A stretch of 64,000 bases of DNA, taken from the NCBI GenBank assembly GCA_963782545.1, contig CAWAKD010000007.1:1104378-1168377 (forward strand), in the 5' to 3' direction. This DNA is from an uncultured delta proteobacterium (GTDB lineage: Bacteria > Myxococcota_A > Polyangia > Fen-1088). Below the pieces are notes generated by a model. That model did not search any database. It was not told where the DNA came from and was given only the letters and a program-made list of their open reading frames with translations. Positions 55,456 to 64,000 of the stretch are shown one piece after another (within the stretch, counting starts at the first letter, position 1; each line of letters opens with the position of its first letter). Made by a program: the position numbers and the translations under genes.

Positions 55456-56644
55456 GCAACCGGAGCCCGTCCCGGCCATCGTCGTGGAAGATCAGGTTGA
55501 TGAGCCCGCTCGACACGGTGCCGGGTTGGGGCTCGCTGCGAACCATTGCCGTGTCCGGACACAAGCGGCGGCCGATCTGCTCGATCAGGCCGGATGCGGG
55601 CAACTGGCCGACGGGGGCGTCGAGCAATCGGCCTGCCATCCTGAACGCGAAGCTCAAGGCGCGGACAGCACCCAGCTTGCGGGCATCGCTCCACAGCCGT
55701 TCCCAGTCGATAGTGGCCTGCCAGCACCGGCAAATCTCGGCGATGTCGACCAGCCACTTGAGCCCAGCTCGGAACCGGTGCGTCGCGAGGTGAAGGCTCA
55801 CGGACAGTAGCAGATCGGTCGGCGCGAGGCTCGGCAAGTCCCCGTCCACCGTACGCACGCGGCCCAAGCGGCCGTGCCATCCGGCCACCACCTTCTCAAA
55901 GTCGAAGAATCCATAGGTCGGCTGCCAGTGCAGCTCGAACATCATCTGCCGGTTGCCGACGGGCTTCACAAGCGAGACGTGATGGTAATAGTCGCGCTGG
56001 ACCGCGACGTAGCCAGTCTCAACGAAACCCCGGTTCCGCAAGATTCCCAACACCTGCTCGAACTGATCTGGACGGCAGAGCAGATCGACGTCGCACATGG
56101 AGCGGAAGCCGAGGTTCGCATAGACACCGCGACCGATGAGAGCGATTCCTTTGAGGGGAATCATTGCCACGCCCTTGGCGCCGGCCTCCGCGCACAATGC
56201 GACGGTTTCGCGCAGGAGCATGCGGTTTGTCGCTTCAGTGTGCAGGCTGGCCAGGGCCAGGTTGCGTTGCAGGCCTCCAAGCCCGAGCTGGCGCAGATTG
56301 CGTTCCACCAGCCCGGCGATTCCCCCGCGCAGGGCGAGCGCGGCTACATCCTGCCAGTCGATGCCGGTTTGGGCACGAAGGAACCGCGCACCCTCGTCGT
56401 CGATATCCTGGCGGGCCAGTCGCAGCAGCGCGCGTTCCTCGGCACTCAGGTCGCTCGGCGTTGCGCTTGCCACGCGCCGAACAGACTGCGAACTCGCCGT
56501 CGAGTCAAGACACGGCAGGGCAGGCCCCGTTCCCGCCTTTCCCCAATGGAGGCGTTGGGGGACGCTCGGTGCGCTCGTCTCCACGGGCGGATCCTGCCTC
56601 GGAGCACCCCCGGCCGCCCGCACGCCGAGCTTGTATCTGCGCAA
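55373..56644 (-). CDS. Pol-beta-superfamily nucleotidyltransferase (uncharacterised NTP_transf_5-like).
   Basis: GIALIGRGVYANLGFRSMCDVDLL matches G[SG]-x9-13-DhDh. Confidence 0.65.
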   Translation of the reverse strand: MRRYKLGVRAAGGAPRQDPPVETSAPSVPQRLHWGKAGTGPALPCLDSTASSQSVRRVASATPSDLSAEERALLRLARQDIDDEGARFLRAQTGIDWQDVAALALRGGIAGLVERNLRQLGLGGLQRNLALASLHTEATNRMLLRETVALCAEAGAKGVAMIPLKGIALIGRGVYANLGFRSMCDVDLLCRPDQFEQVLGILRNRGFVETGYVAVQRDYYHHVSLVKPVGNRQMMFELHWQPTYGFFDFEKVVAGWHGRLGRVRTVDGDLPSLAPTDLLLSVSLHLATHRFRAGLKWLVDIAEICRCWQATIDWERLWSDARKLGAVRALSFAFRMAGRLLDAPVGQLPASGLIEQIGRRLCPDTAMVRSEPQPGTVSSGLINLIFHDDGRDGLRLLMHKAAEVAERRHIDLRFLRWGRQRRS

Positions 56645-56946
56645 GAACTTGCCTCAGCGTGCGACGGAGTTTCACTGGAATCATGCATCATCAGGTCGAG
56701 CTCGGCCTGAAGTAAGCTCGGCGCGCGGGCGGCCAGGAGCGTTCCGCCGAGACGCATGGAGGCGCTCCGGCCGTCTGCGGCCGGACGCCAGCCAACATCC
56801 GAGTCCATCAACGACGCGCTAAGCGCGTCCGAAGATGGACGTTCCCGGCGGAGCGCTCCTGGCGCAAGCCCGCACAAGCCGAGCGCCGCTCTCCCGGATC
56901 TCAACCTGGCGCGGCTGTCACCTCTCGCCTACTCTAAGCCCTGCTC

Positions 56947-58782
56947 ATGCCCGGAAGCCTCCACATCGTCGCCGAGAAGCTCAGGCGCGGGCTCTCGCTA
57001 TTACCTCACTTCCCGCGCACCCTGGGCCTGGTCTGGGCCGCGGCCCCGGGCTGGACGCTCGCCTGGGTCGTGCTGCTGGCCGTGCAAGGGCTGCTCCCGG
57101 TCGCCACCGTAACCCTCACTCGGGCCGTGGTGGACAGCCTGGTGTCGGCCCTGCGCCGGGGCGCCACCTGGCCGGCCGTGTGGCCGAGCCTGCTACCGCT
57201 GGGCTTGATGGCGGCCGTCCTGCTGGCCAGCGAGATCCTGAACAGCGCAGGCGGTTGGGTGCGCGCCAGCTTGTCCGAGCTGGTCCAGGACCACATCCGA
57301 GCTCTGATTCATCGCAAGTCCGTCGAGGTCGATCTGTCCTACTACGACCTTCCCGACTACTTCGATCATCTCCACCGCGCGCAGAACGAGGCCACCTACC
57401 GGCCGGTGATGCTACTCGATAACCTGGGCACCATGCTCCAGCACGGTATCACCCTGGTCGCCATGGTTGCGGTGTTGCTTCCCTACGGCGTGTGGCTACC
57501 CTTCGCGCTGGTCATCAGCACGCTGCCCGCGTTCTTCGTGGTGCTGCACCATCGCGTGCGGCTGTACAGCTGGCGCCTGCAGGCGAGCGCTAGCGAGCGC
57601 CGGAGCTGGTACTTCGACTGGTTGCTCACCGCGCGCGAGGCTGCGGCGGAGCTGCGTCTTTTGGATCTTGGCGCACACTTTCAGTCGGCCTACGAGGCGG
57701 TGCGGAGCAAGCTGCGCGGCGAGCGGCGCCAGCTCGTCCGCAACCAGGGGCTGGCCGAGGCTGCGGCGGGCGCTTGCGGCCTCGTCGTCACCGCGCTCGC
57801 GGCCCTGTGGATGGTGCGGCGAACGGTGCAGCAGCAGTCGAGCCTCGGCGACCTCGCGCTGTTCTTTTCGGCCTTCAATCAGGGGCAGCGGCTAGCGCGC
57901 TCGCTGCTCCAGAGCGTGGGCGAGGCCTACAGCAACAGCATGTTCCTGGGCGACCTTTTCGAGTTTCTGTCGCTCGAACGCAAGGTGGTGGACCAGGAGC
58001 GCGCGCTGCCCGCGCCGCCGGCCCCGAGCCAGGGCATCGCTATCGAGAAGGTCAGCTTCCGCTACCCCGGAAGCAATCGGCAAGCGCTGCAGGATTTCAG
58101 CCTGGCGATTCCCGCCGGCCGGATTACCGCCGTGGTGGGCCGCAACGGCGCGGGCAAGAGCACGCTGGTGAAGCTCCTTTGTCGCCTCTACGATCCCGAT
58201 GCGGGGAAGGTCAGCGTCGACGGCGTGGACCTACGCCAACTGCGGGTGCGCGACATCCGGCGCCTGGTCACCGTGCTGTTACAGGAGCCGGTGCAGTACA
58301 GCACCACGGTGGCCGAGAACGTCGCGCTGGGGGACATCGATTCGCTGCCAGGACCAACTGCGGTCGAGAATTCAATAGACGAGGCCGGAGCCACGGAGAT
58401 CGTTGCCCGGCTGCCCGAGGGCCGCGCGACCCTGCTCGGCAAATGGTTCGAGGGCGGCACCGACCTCAGCGTCGGCGAGTGGCAGCGCATCGCGCTCGCG
58501 CGCGCGTTCCAGCGACGCGCACCGGTCATCATCCTCGACGAGCCGACCAGCGCCATGGATCCCTGGGCCGAGGCCGACTGGTTGGAACGCTTTCGCAGGC
58601 TGGCGCGGGGACGCACCGCCCTCATCATTACCCATCGCTTCACCACCGCCATGCACGCCGACCGCATCCACGTCATGGACGATGGCCGGGTGATCGAGTC
58701 GGGCGGCCACGAGGAGCTCCTGGCCCAAGGCGGCGCCTACGCCCGCGCTTGGCAGCGCCAGATGCGGGTGGGGGCGGCATAG
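56947..58782 (+). CDS. ABC exporter with fused permease and ATPase (type I exporter).
   Basis: 6-TM N-terminal domain; Walker A GRNGAGKST; signature LSVGEWQR; Walker B ILDEPTSAMD. Confidence 0.9.
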   Translation: MPGSLHIVAEKLRRGLSLLPHFPRTLGLVWAAAPGWTLAWVVLLAVQGLLPVATVTLTRAVVDSLVSALRRGATWPAVWPSLLPLGLMAAVLLASEILNSAGGWVRASLSELVQDHIRALIHRKSVEVDLSYYDLPDYFDHLHRAQNEATYRPVMLLDNLGTMLQHGITLVAMVAVLLPYGVWLPFALVISTLPAFFVVLHHRVRLYSWRLQASASERRSWYFDWLLTAREAAAELRLLDLGAHFQSAYEAVRSKLRGERRQLVRNQGLAEAAAGACGLVVTALAALWMVRRTVQQQSSLGDLALFFSAFNQGQRLARSLLQSVGEAYSNSMFLGDLFEFLSLERKVVDQERALPAPPAPSQGIAIEKVSFRYPGSNRQALQDFSLAIPAGRITAVVGRNGAGKSTLVKLLCRLYDPDAGKVSVDGVDLRQLRVRDIRRLVTVLLQEPVQYSTTVAENVALGDIDSLPGPTAVENSIDEAGATEIVARLPEGRATLLGKWFEGGTDLSVGEWQRIALARAFQRRAPVIILDEPTSAMDPWAEADWLERFRRLARGRTALIITHRFTTAMHADRIHVMDDGRVIESGGHEELLAQGGAYARAWQRQMRVGAA

Positions 58783-58956
58783 GGTGAGCCACGAGGCTCC
58801 CCTACCAGGGGCCGAACGAGAAATTTCCGCATGGGGCACTCGAAATTGTGAGGGCCCAAGCCCCCGAGACCCGCGAGCGAGGCCGAGAATCGAGCGAAGA
58901 TGGGGTGCGATTCGCGTGGCCCAGATCTTGCTTTTCGCAGGAGCCGAGGAGCCATT

Positions 58957-61848
58957 ATGACGAAGCGAGCCGGATATTCCCTTCAGACCTCTGTCCTTGG
59001 CGGTGCTGCCATCCTTATACTTGCCGGCTGTGGTGGGATCACCCCGGCTGGTGGCGCGGGGGGCAGTGGAGGTGGCGCGGGCGGTGGTGCAGGTGGCGGT
59101 GGTAGCGGCACGAGCGGTGGTGCCGACGCGGGTGCTGCTGTGGATGGCGGCAGCCTTGATAGTACCGTCAGCCCGCCGTCGAGCCTCGCCGCGTACACGC
59201 TCAGCTACCGCAGCCAAGTGCGTGTCCCCGCGTCCGGTGCGGTCATGAGCTACGACGACTTCGCGGCGCAGGTCAGCCGATTGGACCCGCTCGCAGCCAA
59301 GCGCTGTCCGGTCAGCAACGACGCTGAATTTCAGACCGCCGTCGACGCCTTGGGCGGGATCAACTGGACCCACCCCGTCGACATCCTGAAGGACCTCAGC
59401 CAGCCTCCCCTCTACCGTGGGCATATTCCCCCCGCGCCACCCTACCCAGCGACGAGCGCGGCGGGTGCAACCAAGGATTCTGCGACGCCCACCATCGAGC
59501 GGCCCGACCTGGTCGGATACCAAGACAACACCGCCATCTTCCTTTCCCAGCGCCATGGCCTGCTCGCCGTGAACACCGCGGGGGAAAGGCCCGTGCTGAG
59601 CTGCGCCCTCAAGCTGCCCGGCAGTCCCAAGTACTTCTTCTACCACGGCAATGAAATCGTCTTGCTCGTCAATGGCATGTCCGTGAACGAAGCCGCTCTC
59701 CTGCGCTTCGGCGTCACCCCCACGGGCTTCGACTTCCTGGATGCGGTCATGCTGGACAACCAACAGATCCAAGATGCCCGCCTGTTCGACAGCACCCTGG
59801 TGATCTACGCCACCCTCTACAGCCCACCCGCTCCCGCCACGAGCTCCAACCCAGATGGAGGTGGCGTCGCCGCACCCGTCAGGAGCACTGCCGTCGCCGC
59901 CACGGGCGTGAAGGTGACCGTCGTGAAATGGGGCGCGCAGCTCAGCCTCGCCTGGGAGGAGGAGCTACTCAACGATCACACCAGCTCGGATCCCTTGGCC
60001 GGGCAGGACCTCGCTACGGCCGTGCAGCAGCTGACCGTCGGACAGGTCGTGGCGACCTACAAGAGCTACAAGCCATTCATCAGCGCCAGCGATAGCTACT
60101 TCGTGGTCAGCCGCGACGTCAGCAAGACGGTCTTCACCGGCACCCAGTCCCAGACCTATTCCTACTGCACCGCCAGTCACCCAGGCCCGGAGCACAGCGT
60201 GGAGTACTGCTATCCGAAGTACGAGCAGCGTGCGAATCCCGACTACAAGGATCCGCAATCCACCAAGGGCGACTATCCCTGCAACGGAAAGACGCTGCTC
60301 GATTGCATCCAGGAGGCAGCCCCCCAGGTCAGCAAGTACATCTACGTTCGCGTCGGGGAAACTTGCAACACGTACACCTACCACGACTACATCTGCGACA
60401 GCACGGAAACCCGGACGGTATCGTACCCGACCTACCGCACGGATACCGCCACGCAGTTCGTGGTGTGGCGCTACACCGACGGTGACTTCGTCAAGCTGGA
60501 CGAGCAGTTGTTCGAGATGGCGTCCCCAGGGACCACCACCGGCAGCGTGCCCTCGTTGACCTTCACCGGCGCGCCCCTGGAGGTCAGCGGGTCCATCGAC
60601 AGCAAAGGCGACCTGCAGTTCCAGCACGGGCAGTTCTACGTACTCACCAACCAGGGGCAGGCGCTGCACACTCTGCTCATTGCGGGCAACTCCATCGCCG
60701 AGCTGGGCGTGCAAGCGATACCGCGTCAGGGAGGAACCTACTCCTATTCCGGATCGCACTCGACCCTCTTCTCCGACACCCGCATGATGGTCTCGCGCGC
60801 CTACTACGACTCCACGGCGCCGCAAGGGATCAGCACCTGGTCGGACGTCATCATGATGGACCTCGGCGCCCCGTCGTTCCCGACCCAGATCAACCACTTC
60901 GGGATGCCGGGATCCAGCACCCAGCTCATCCTGGCCGGTGCCGGCGTCCTCGGCCCGGGCACGGTGAGCTTCACCAGCAGTGGCGTCGCGCGGAATCTGC
61001 AGAAGATCACGCTGTTCGATCAGGACAACGCCAGCGAGGTGGACAACGTCCTCTTGGGCACCGAATACAACGCGGACTTCACCCAGACCTGGCTCGGCAC
61101 CGCGGACGACCAGCGCATCCGTCTCGACTGGGGCAGCCAGCGTCTGTTCATGCCCTACGCGGGCTATCTTCACGCGCCCGATGCCATCTTCAATCCCGCC
61201 GCGCACCGTCTCAACATCACGGCGGTTGGCGTAGGCACGGGGCTTTCGTCCGAGATGACCTTCAACCTGGTCGAGGACGTCGTTCGCACCGTCTCCACCG
61301 ATTCGTCGCCAACCGCCGGACGCGCGCTGGCCTTTGGTGATTCGTCGATCTATGCCTTGGGCCAAGGCGCGCAGGGCTGGTCGCTGGACGTCCTCGAGGA
61401 ATACGCCACCCCCATCGCCGTGTATCGCATCAACGACACAGGCGACGTACACGCTCGCATCGACCGGATCGGCGCGCGCTGCGAGATTTCGACCTTCAGC
61501 GGGAGTCTCAACGCGTTCGCCCCGACTCAGCTGGCCACGGGGCCGACCATCGCCTGCCCGGAGTCTGGCTCGCCGATGGCCATCGGGCTCGACATCGTCT
61601 TCTCCGGCTCATCGACCGGCTGGCGCCTCGGTCCCGATGGCCTGTCCATCACGCCGCTCACCGCCGACGAGGTCAAGGAAGCGCTCACCCACGTGCGCAA
61701 TGACGAATACTGCGCGCTCGACGGAACCAAGGACGACGGCACCCCGGTCCCCTACCTCGACGCCGTGCCCACCTCCGTCCAGTGCTTCCCGTGGCAAACC
61801 GGCGTTGCCGTCGGCCCACTGCCTGGTGGAAGCACGGCGACGAACTAG
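58957..61848 (+). CDS. Large (963-aa) hypothetical lipoprotein.
   Basis: GAGGAG RBS; MTKRAGYSLQTSVLGGAAILILAGCGG lipobox; Gly-rich linker; then about 880 aa with no motif I recognise (many Cys, Tyr, Thr). Confidence 0.7.
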   Translation: MTKRAGYSLQTSVLGGAAILILAGCGGITPAGGAGGSGGGAGGGAGGGGSGTSGGADAGAAVDGGSLDSTVSPPSSLAAYTLSYRSQVRVPASGAVMSYDDFAAQVSRLDPLAAKRCPVSNDAEFQTAVDALGGINWTHPVDILKDLSQPPLYRGHIPPAPPYPATSAAGATKDSATPTIERPDLVGYQDNTAIFLSQRHGLLAVNTAGERPVLSCALKLPGSPKYFFYHGNEIVLLVNGMSVNEAALLRFGVTPTGFDFLDAVMLDNQQIQDARLFDSTLVIYATLYSPPAPATSSNPDGGGVAAPVRSTAVAATGVKVTVVKWGAQLSLAWEEELLNDHTSSDPLAGQDLATAVQQLTVGQVVATYKSYKPFISASDSYFVVSRDVSKTVFTGTQSQTYSYCTASHPGPEHSVEYCYPKYEQRANPDYKDPQSTKGDYPCNGKTLLDCIQEAAPQVSKYIYVRVGETCNTYTYHDYICDSTETRTVSYPTYRTDTATQFVVWRYTDGDFVKLDEQLFEMASPGTTTGSVPSLTFTGAPLEVSGSIDSKGDLQFQHGQFYVLTNQGQALHTLLIAGNSIAELGVQAIPRQGGTYSYSGSHSTLFSDTRMMVSRAYYDSTAPQGISTWSDVIMMDLGAPSFPTQINHFGMPGSSTQLILAGAGVLGPGTVSFTSSGVARNLQKITLFDQDNASEVDNVLLGTEYNADFTQTWLGTADDQRIRLDWGSQRLFMPYAGYLHAPDAIFNPAAHRLNITAVGVGTGLSSEMTFNLVEDVVRTVSTDSSPTAGRALAFGDSSIYALGQGAQGWSLDVLEEYATPIAVYRINDTGDVHARIDRIGARCEISTFSGSLNAFAPTQLATGPTIACPESGSPMAIGLDIVFSGSSTGWRLGPDGLSITPLTADEVKEALTHVRNDEYCALDGTKDDGTPVPYLDAVPTSVQCFPWQTGVAVGPLPGGSTATN

Positions 61849-61863
61849 TCGCAAATCACCCGA

Positions 61864-63267
61864 CTAACGCTGAGCCCCCAGAATGCTCAGCATTGCAGGG
61901 CCACAATCGATCAAGCGAAGATCGCGCAACTTCCCGGGCGTTGCCTGGGGCACGCGCGCCACGAACACGCCGGCGGTAGCGTGATTGGCGTGGTCTGGGC
62001 CGGTGTCGTTTTCCGCGACATGGATGGCGCCCGCGCCGATCGAGCCTATCGCTCGCCAATCGAGATCTCCGAAGTACACGATCAGGTCGGGCGGGGCGCC
62101 GCGACATTCGCGGTAGATGGCCTCGGGGCGAAACACCTTGGTTGCGATGGCGTGTCCGTCAGGCGCCGTGATGGCCAAGAGGCCGCTTTCGATCTGGCCC
62201 AGCAAGCGATCTCCTTCGCTTGGGTCCAAAGCCCCTAGCGGCTGGCGGCCGCGAATGTTGAGGAAGACCCTGCCGCAATGGCCACCCTCTGCCCAAGCCG
62301 TGGTGCGGCTCCAGTCGACCATCTCGGGTCGCAAGGAAGCGCGGCCATCGGGCGCGCTCGCGAGCACGAGATACTTCTGCGCGATCAGCCACTCATTGAC
62401 GGCGATTCCCCCCATCGATCGCTTGACCCCGTGGTCCGACATCACGAAGACCGCCGTGCCAGCGTCGATCTCTTGCAAGGTCGCGCCGATCTCCCGGTCG
62501 AGCAGACGATAGTAGTCGAGCACCGCGTGCTCGTGGGGCCCACCGGCGAGGTATCCAGGATGTTCGGGGTCGAACGCGCCCCAGAAGGCGTGGTGGAGGC
62601 GGTCGAGGCCGATCTCCACCATCATGGCGAAATCCCAGGGCTGGTTCGAAAGCAGATGGCGAAACAGGCGGAAGCGCTGTTCGGTCATCTCGCGCACCTC
62701 GCGTAGCAGCCGGTCGCGCTCGCCCGAGCGATAGGCTTCCACGTCTACGGCGTAGCGATCGGCAACCCGCGCGATGGTGTCGGCAAGAACCCGCGGATGG
62801 GTGGCCGGACGGCGCGTATCGGGCGAGAGAAAGCAACTGACGAAGCTGCCGCGTACGCGACGAGGCGGGTATCCGGGTGGCACGCCCACGACGATGACCG
62901 GGCGCCCTTGGCGCGAGAGCGTGTCCCAGACCGCTTCGGCGCGGACGTCGGTGGAATCGACCCAGCGTGCGGGGGTGTAGCTCGAGTGTAGATGGTGCCG
63001 GAACCCGTAGATACCGAGCTGTCCGGGATCGCGCCCGGTCATCGCGCACGCCCAGGCGGGAATCGTGATCGCCGGGATCACGCTTTCAAGAGATCCCCAT
63101 GCGCTCTCCGCACGCAGTCGGCCGAGGTGCGGCAGGTGGGGCGCAAACCGATGGAAGAGCAGCTCTGGCGGGGCCGAATCCAGCCCAATCACCAGCAGCT
63201 TGTTGGCCCGGCCAGCATGCGCCAGAGCCCAGCCTGCAAGACCGCTGCGGTCGACGGTCGTCGTCAC
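61864..63267 (-). CDS. Alkaline-phosphatase-superfamily type I phosphodiesterase / nucleotide pyrophosphatase.
   Basis: LLVIGLDSAPPEL (metal-site Asp), ...VMSDHG. Probable GTG start with a GTGA overlap to the sulfatase stop. Confidence 0.75.
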   Translation of the reverse strand: MTTTVDRSGLAGWALAHAGRANKLLVIGLDSAPPELLFHRFAPHLPHLGRLRAESAWGSLESVIPAITIPAWACAMTGRDPGQLGIYGFRHHLHSSYTPARWVDSTDVRAEAVWDTLSRQGRPVIVVGVPPGYPPRRVRGSFVSCFLSPDTRRPATHPRVLADTIARVADRYAVDVEAYRSGERDRLLREVREMTEQRFRLFRHLLSNQPWDFAMMVEIGLDRLHHAFWGAFDPEHPGYLAGGPHEHAVLDYYRLLDREIGATLQEIDAGTAVFVMSDHGVKRSMGGIAVNEWLIAQKYLVLASAPDGRASLRPEMVDWSRTTAWAEGGHCGRVFLNIRGRQPLGALDPSEGDRLLGQIESGLLAITAPDGHAIATKVFRPEAIYRECRGAPPDLIVYFGDLDWRAIGSIGAGAIHVAENDTGPDHANHATAGVFVARVPQATPGKLRDLRLIDCGPAMLSILGAQR

Positions 63268-64000
63268 TCCAGGTATCCCCACTGTCGCAATCGGCTGGCA
63301 ACCTCGGCGGCATCGTCATCCAGGAATTCGCCCCCGCGCGCGCGGGCCAGCTCGCCCCGCAGTCGAGTCGCGCCCGCTGCCAACTCGGGCGGGTTGCCGA
63401 GATCGCGCAGCTCACCCGGGTCATGGACCAGATCGAACGCCTGCCAGCGGTCCGTGCTCGGCTCCCAAACCTGCCGCCAGCGCGGGCCCGTAAGGGCAAA
63501 GGCGCTGTAGAGCCCGCTGGCCGTGGTGGGGCGTAAGGATGTCGTGATGCAGTCGTGATTGCGCACGCTGATGGCGTCCAATTCTTCGCCGACGCATCCT
63601 GTGTCGAGCACGCCGGCAAGGTTCCTGCCATCGCTATCGCCTGGCAAGGCCTCACACCGCCATCCCAGCAGGCCGGCCAAGGTCGGCATCACATCCACGT
63701 TGCGCACGAGCTGCGAAATCCGGCGCCCGGTCATGCCACCCGGCGGACGGATGATCCATGGCACGCGCAGCACCTCTTCGTGAAGGGCATTTCCGTGCAG
63801 ATCGAAAACGTCCTCGGGAACATCCTCGGGCGTGCGCTCACCCCAGGATTCCCCGTGATCGGCAGTGATCGAGAGCCAGCAGCGATCGAGGTCGAGGACC
63901 TCGAGCACCCGTTTCAGCCAAACCTCGCTGAAGCGCTCGATGGCATACCCGTACAGGCGTTGCACACCGGCACGCGCCGCGGGCCCGGCCCGCAACGCCG
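63264..64000 (-). CDS. Sulfatase-family enzyme, C-terminal part only; the N-terminus lies beyond the window edge.
   Basis: Sulfatase signature ITADHGESWGE; ORF open to the end of the window. Confidence 0.75.
   Translation of the reverse strand, partial: ALRAGPAARAGVQRLYGYAIERFSEVWLKRVLEVLDLDRCWLSITADHGESWGERTPEDVPEDVFDLHGNALHEEVLRVPWIIRPPGGMTGRRISQLVRNVDVMPTLAGLLGWRCEALPGDSDGRNLAGVLDTGCVGEELDAISVRNHDCITTSLRPTTASGLYSAFALTGPRWRQVWEPSTDRWQAFDLVHDPGELRDLGNPPELAAGATRLRGELARARGGEFLDDDAAEVASRLRQWGYLE

Noticed and set aside
55373-58782. A lasso-peptide or other RiPP cluster (NTP_transf_5-like NTase plus McjD-like ABC exporter), or a CBASS cGAS/DncV-like NTase.
   Set aside because: No B, C or PqqD-like maturase genes are present. 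No Cap2, Cap3 or effector genes are present. No plausible precursor small ORF exists in the 300-bp divergent region; only a 10-codon ATG ORF. The NTase motif is the generic pol-beta fold.

Overview
This is a high-GC (roughly 67-70%) bacterial chromosomal window whose content points to Myxococcota. Evidence for that call: several proteins built from tandem CGDG..EECDDGN..DGC Cys-rich repeats (the TIGR02232 type) fused to fibro-slime/PA14-like domains, AgmX/PglI-type C-terminal-domain lipoproteins, Pro/Ala-rich TPR proteins, and many lipobox lipoproteins. I can support about 55 protein-coding genes. I found no rRNA, tRNA, CRISPR array, transposase or integrase.

Gene blocks, in order:
- 0-5.6 kb: secreted and lipoproteins, including the first Cys-rich-repeat/fibro-slime gene.
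- 5.7-16 kb, minus strand: a proteostasis cluster lon <- cbpA-like J protein <- clpB, then ctpA (S41 peptidase) and a maf-yggS-deaminase operon with GTGA start/stop overlaps.
- 16-18.5 kb: an orphan HydE-like radical SAM gene and metY.
- 18.7-23.2 kb: an XRE-cupin regulator divergent from a GH45 endoglucanase carrying a CBM10-like module and Gly/Ser linkers, followed by a second Cys-rich/fibro-slime paralog.
- 23.2-25.7 kb: serS and an IHF-like gene.
- 25.7-31.4 kb: a PEP-utilizing enzyme, hypotheticals, and two AgmX/PglI-like lipoproteins.
- 31.4-38.8 kb: acyl-CoA dehydrogenase, an RMD1-family gene, a sensor kinase -> FAAL -> ACP operon, Crp/Fnr, and a ferredoxin/DUF4405 pair.
- 39.4-44.7 kb: an AKR; a low-GC (about 52-55%) island carrying vapBC and a lipoprotein that abuts a truncated arsC; then an arsR-arsM-arsC' operon.
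- 44.8-47.5 kb: ETF-QO and an AKR.
- 47.8-55.5 kb: a tightly coupled five-gene envelope-lipid operon: GT4, GT39/ArnT-like, MMPL exporter, CDP-alcohol phosphatidyltransferase, and an MprF-flippase-like UPF0104 protein.
- 55.4-64 kb: a pol-beta nucleotidyltransferase, an ABC exporter, a 963-aa orphan lipoprotein, an AlkP-family phosphodiesterase and a partial sulfatase.

Data-quality caveat: at least seven genes show single-base frame breaks, usually in C/G runs, and two of them sit in or next to the start of cbpA. The essential serS gene has two compensating breaks. Sequence indel errors are the most economical explanation, so the apparent pseudogenes here should not be over-read.
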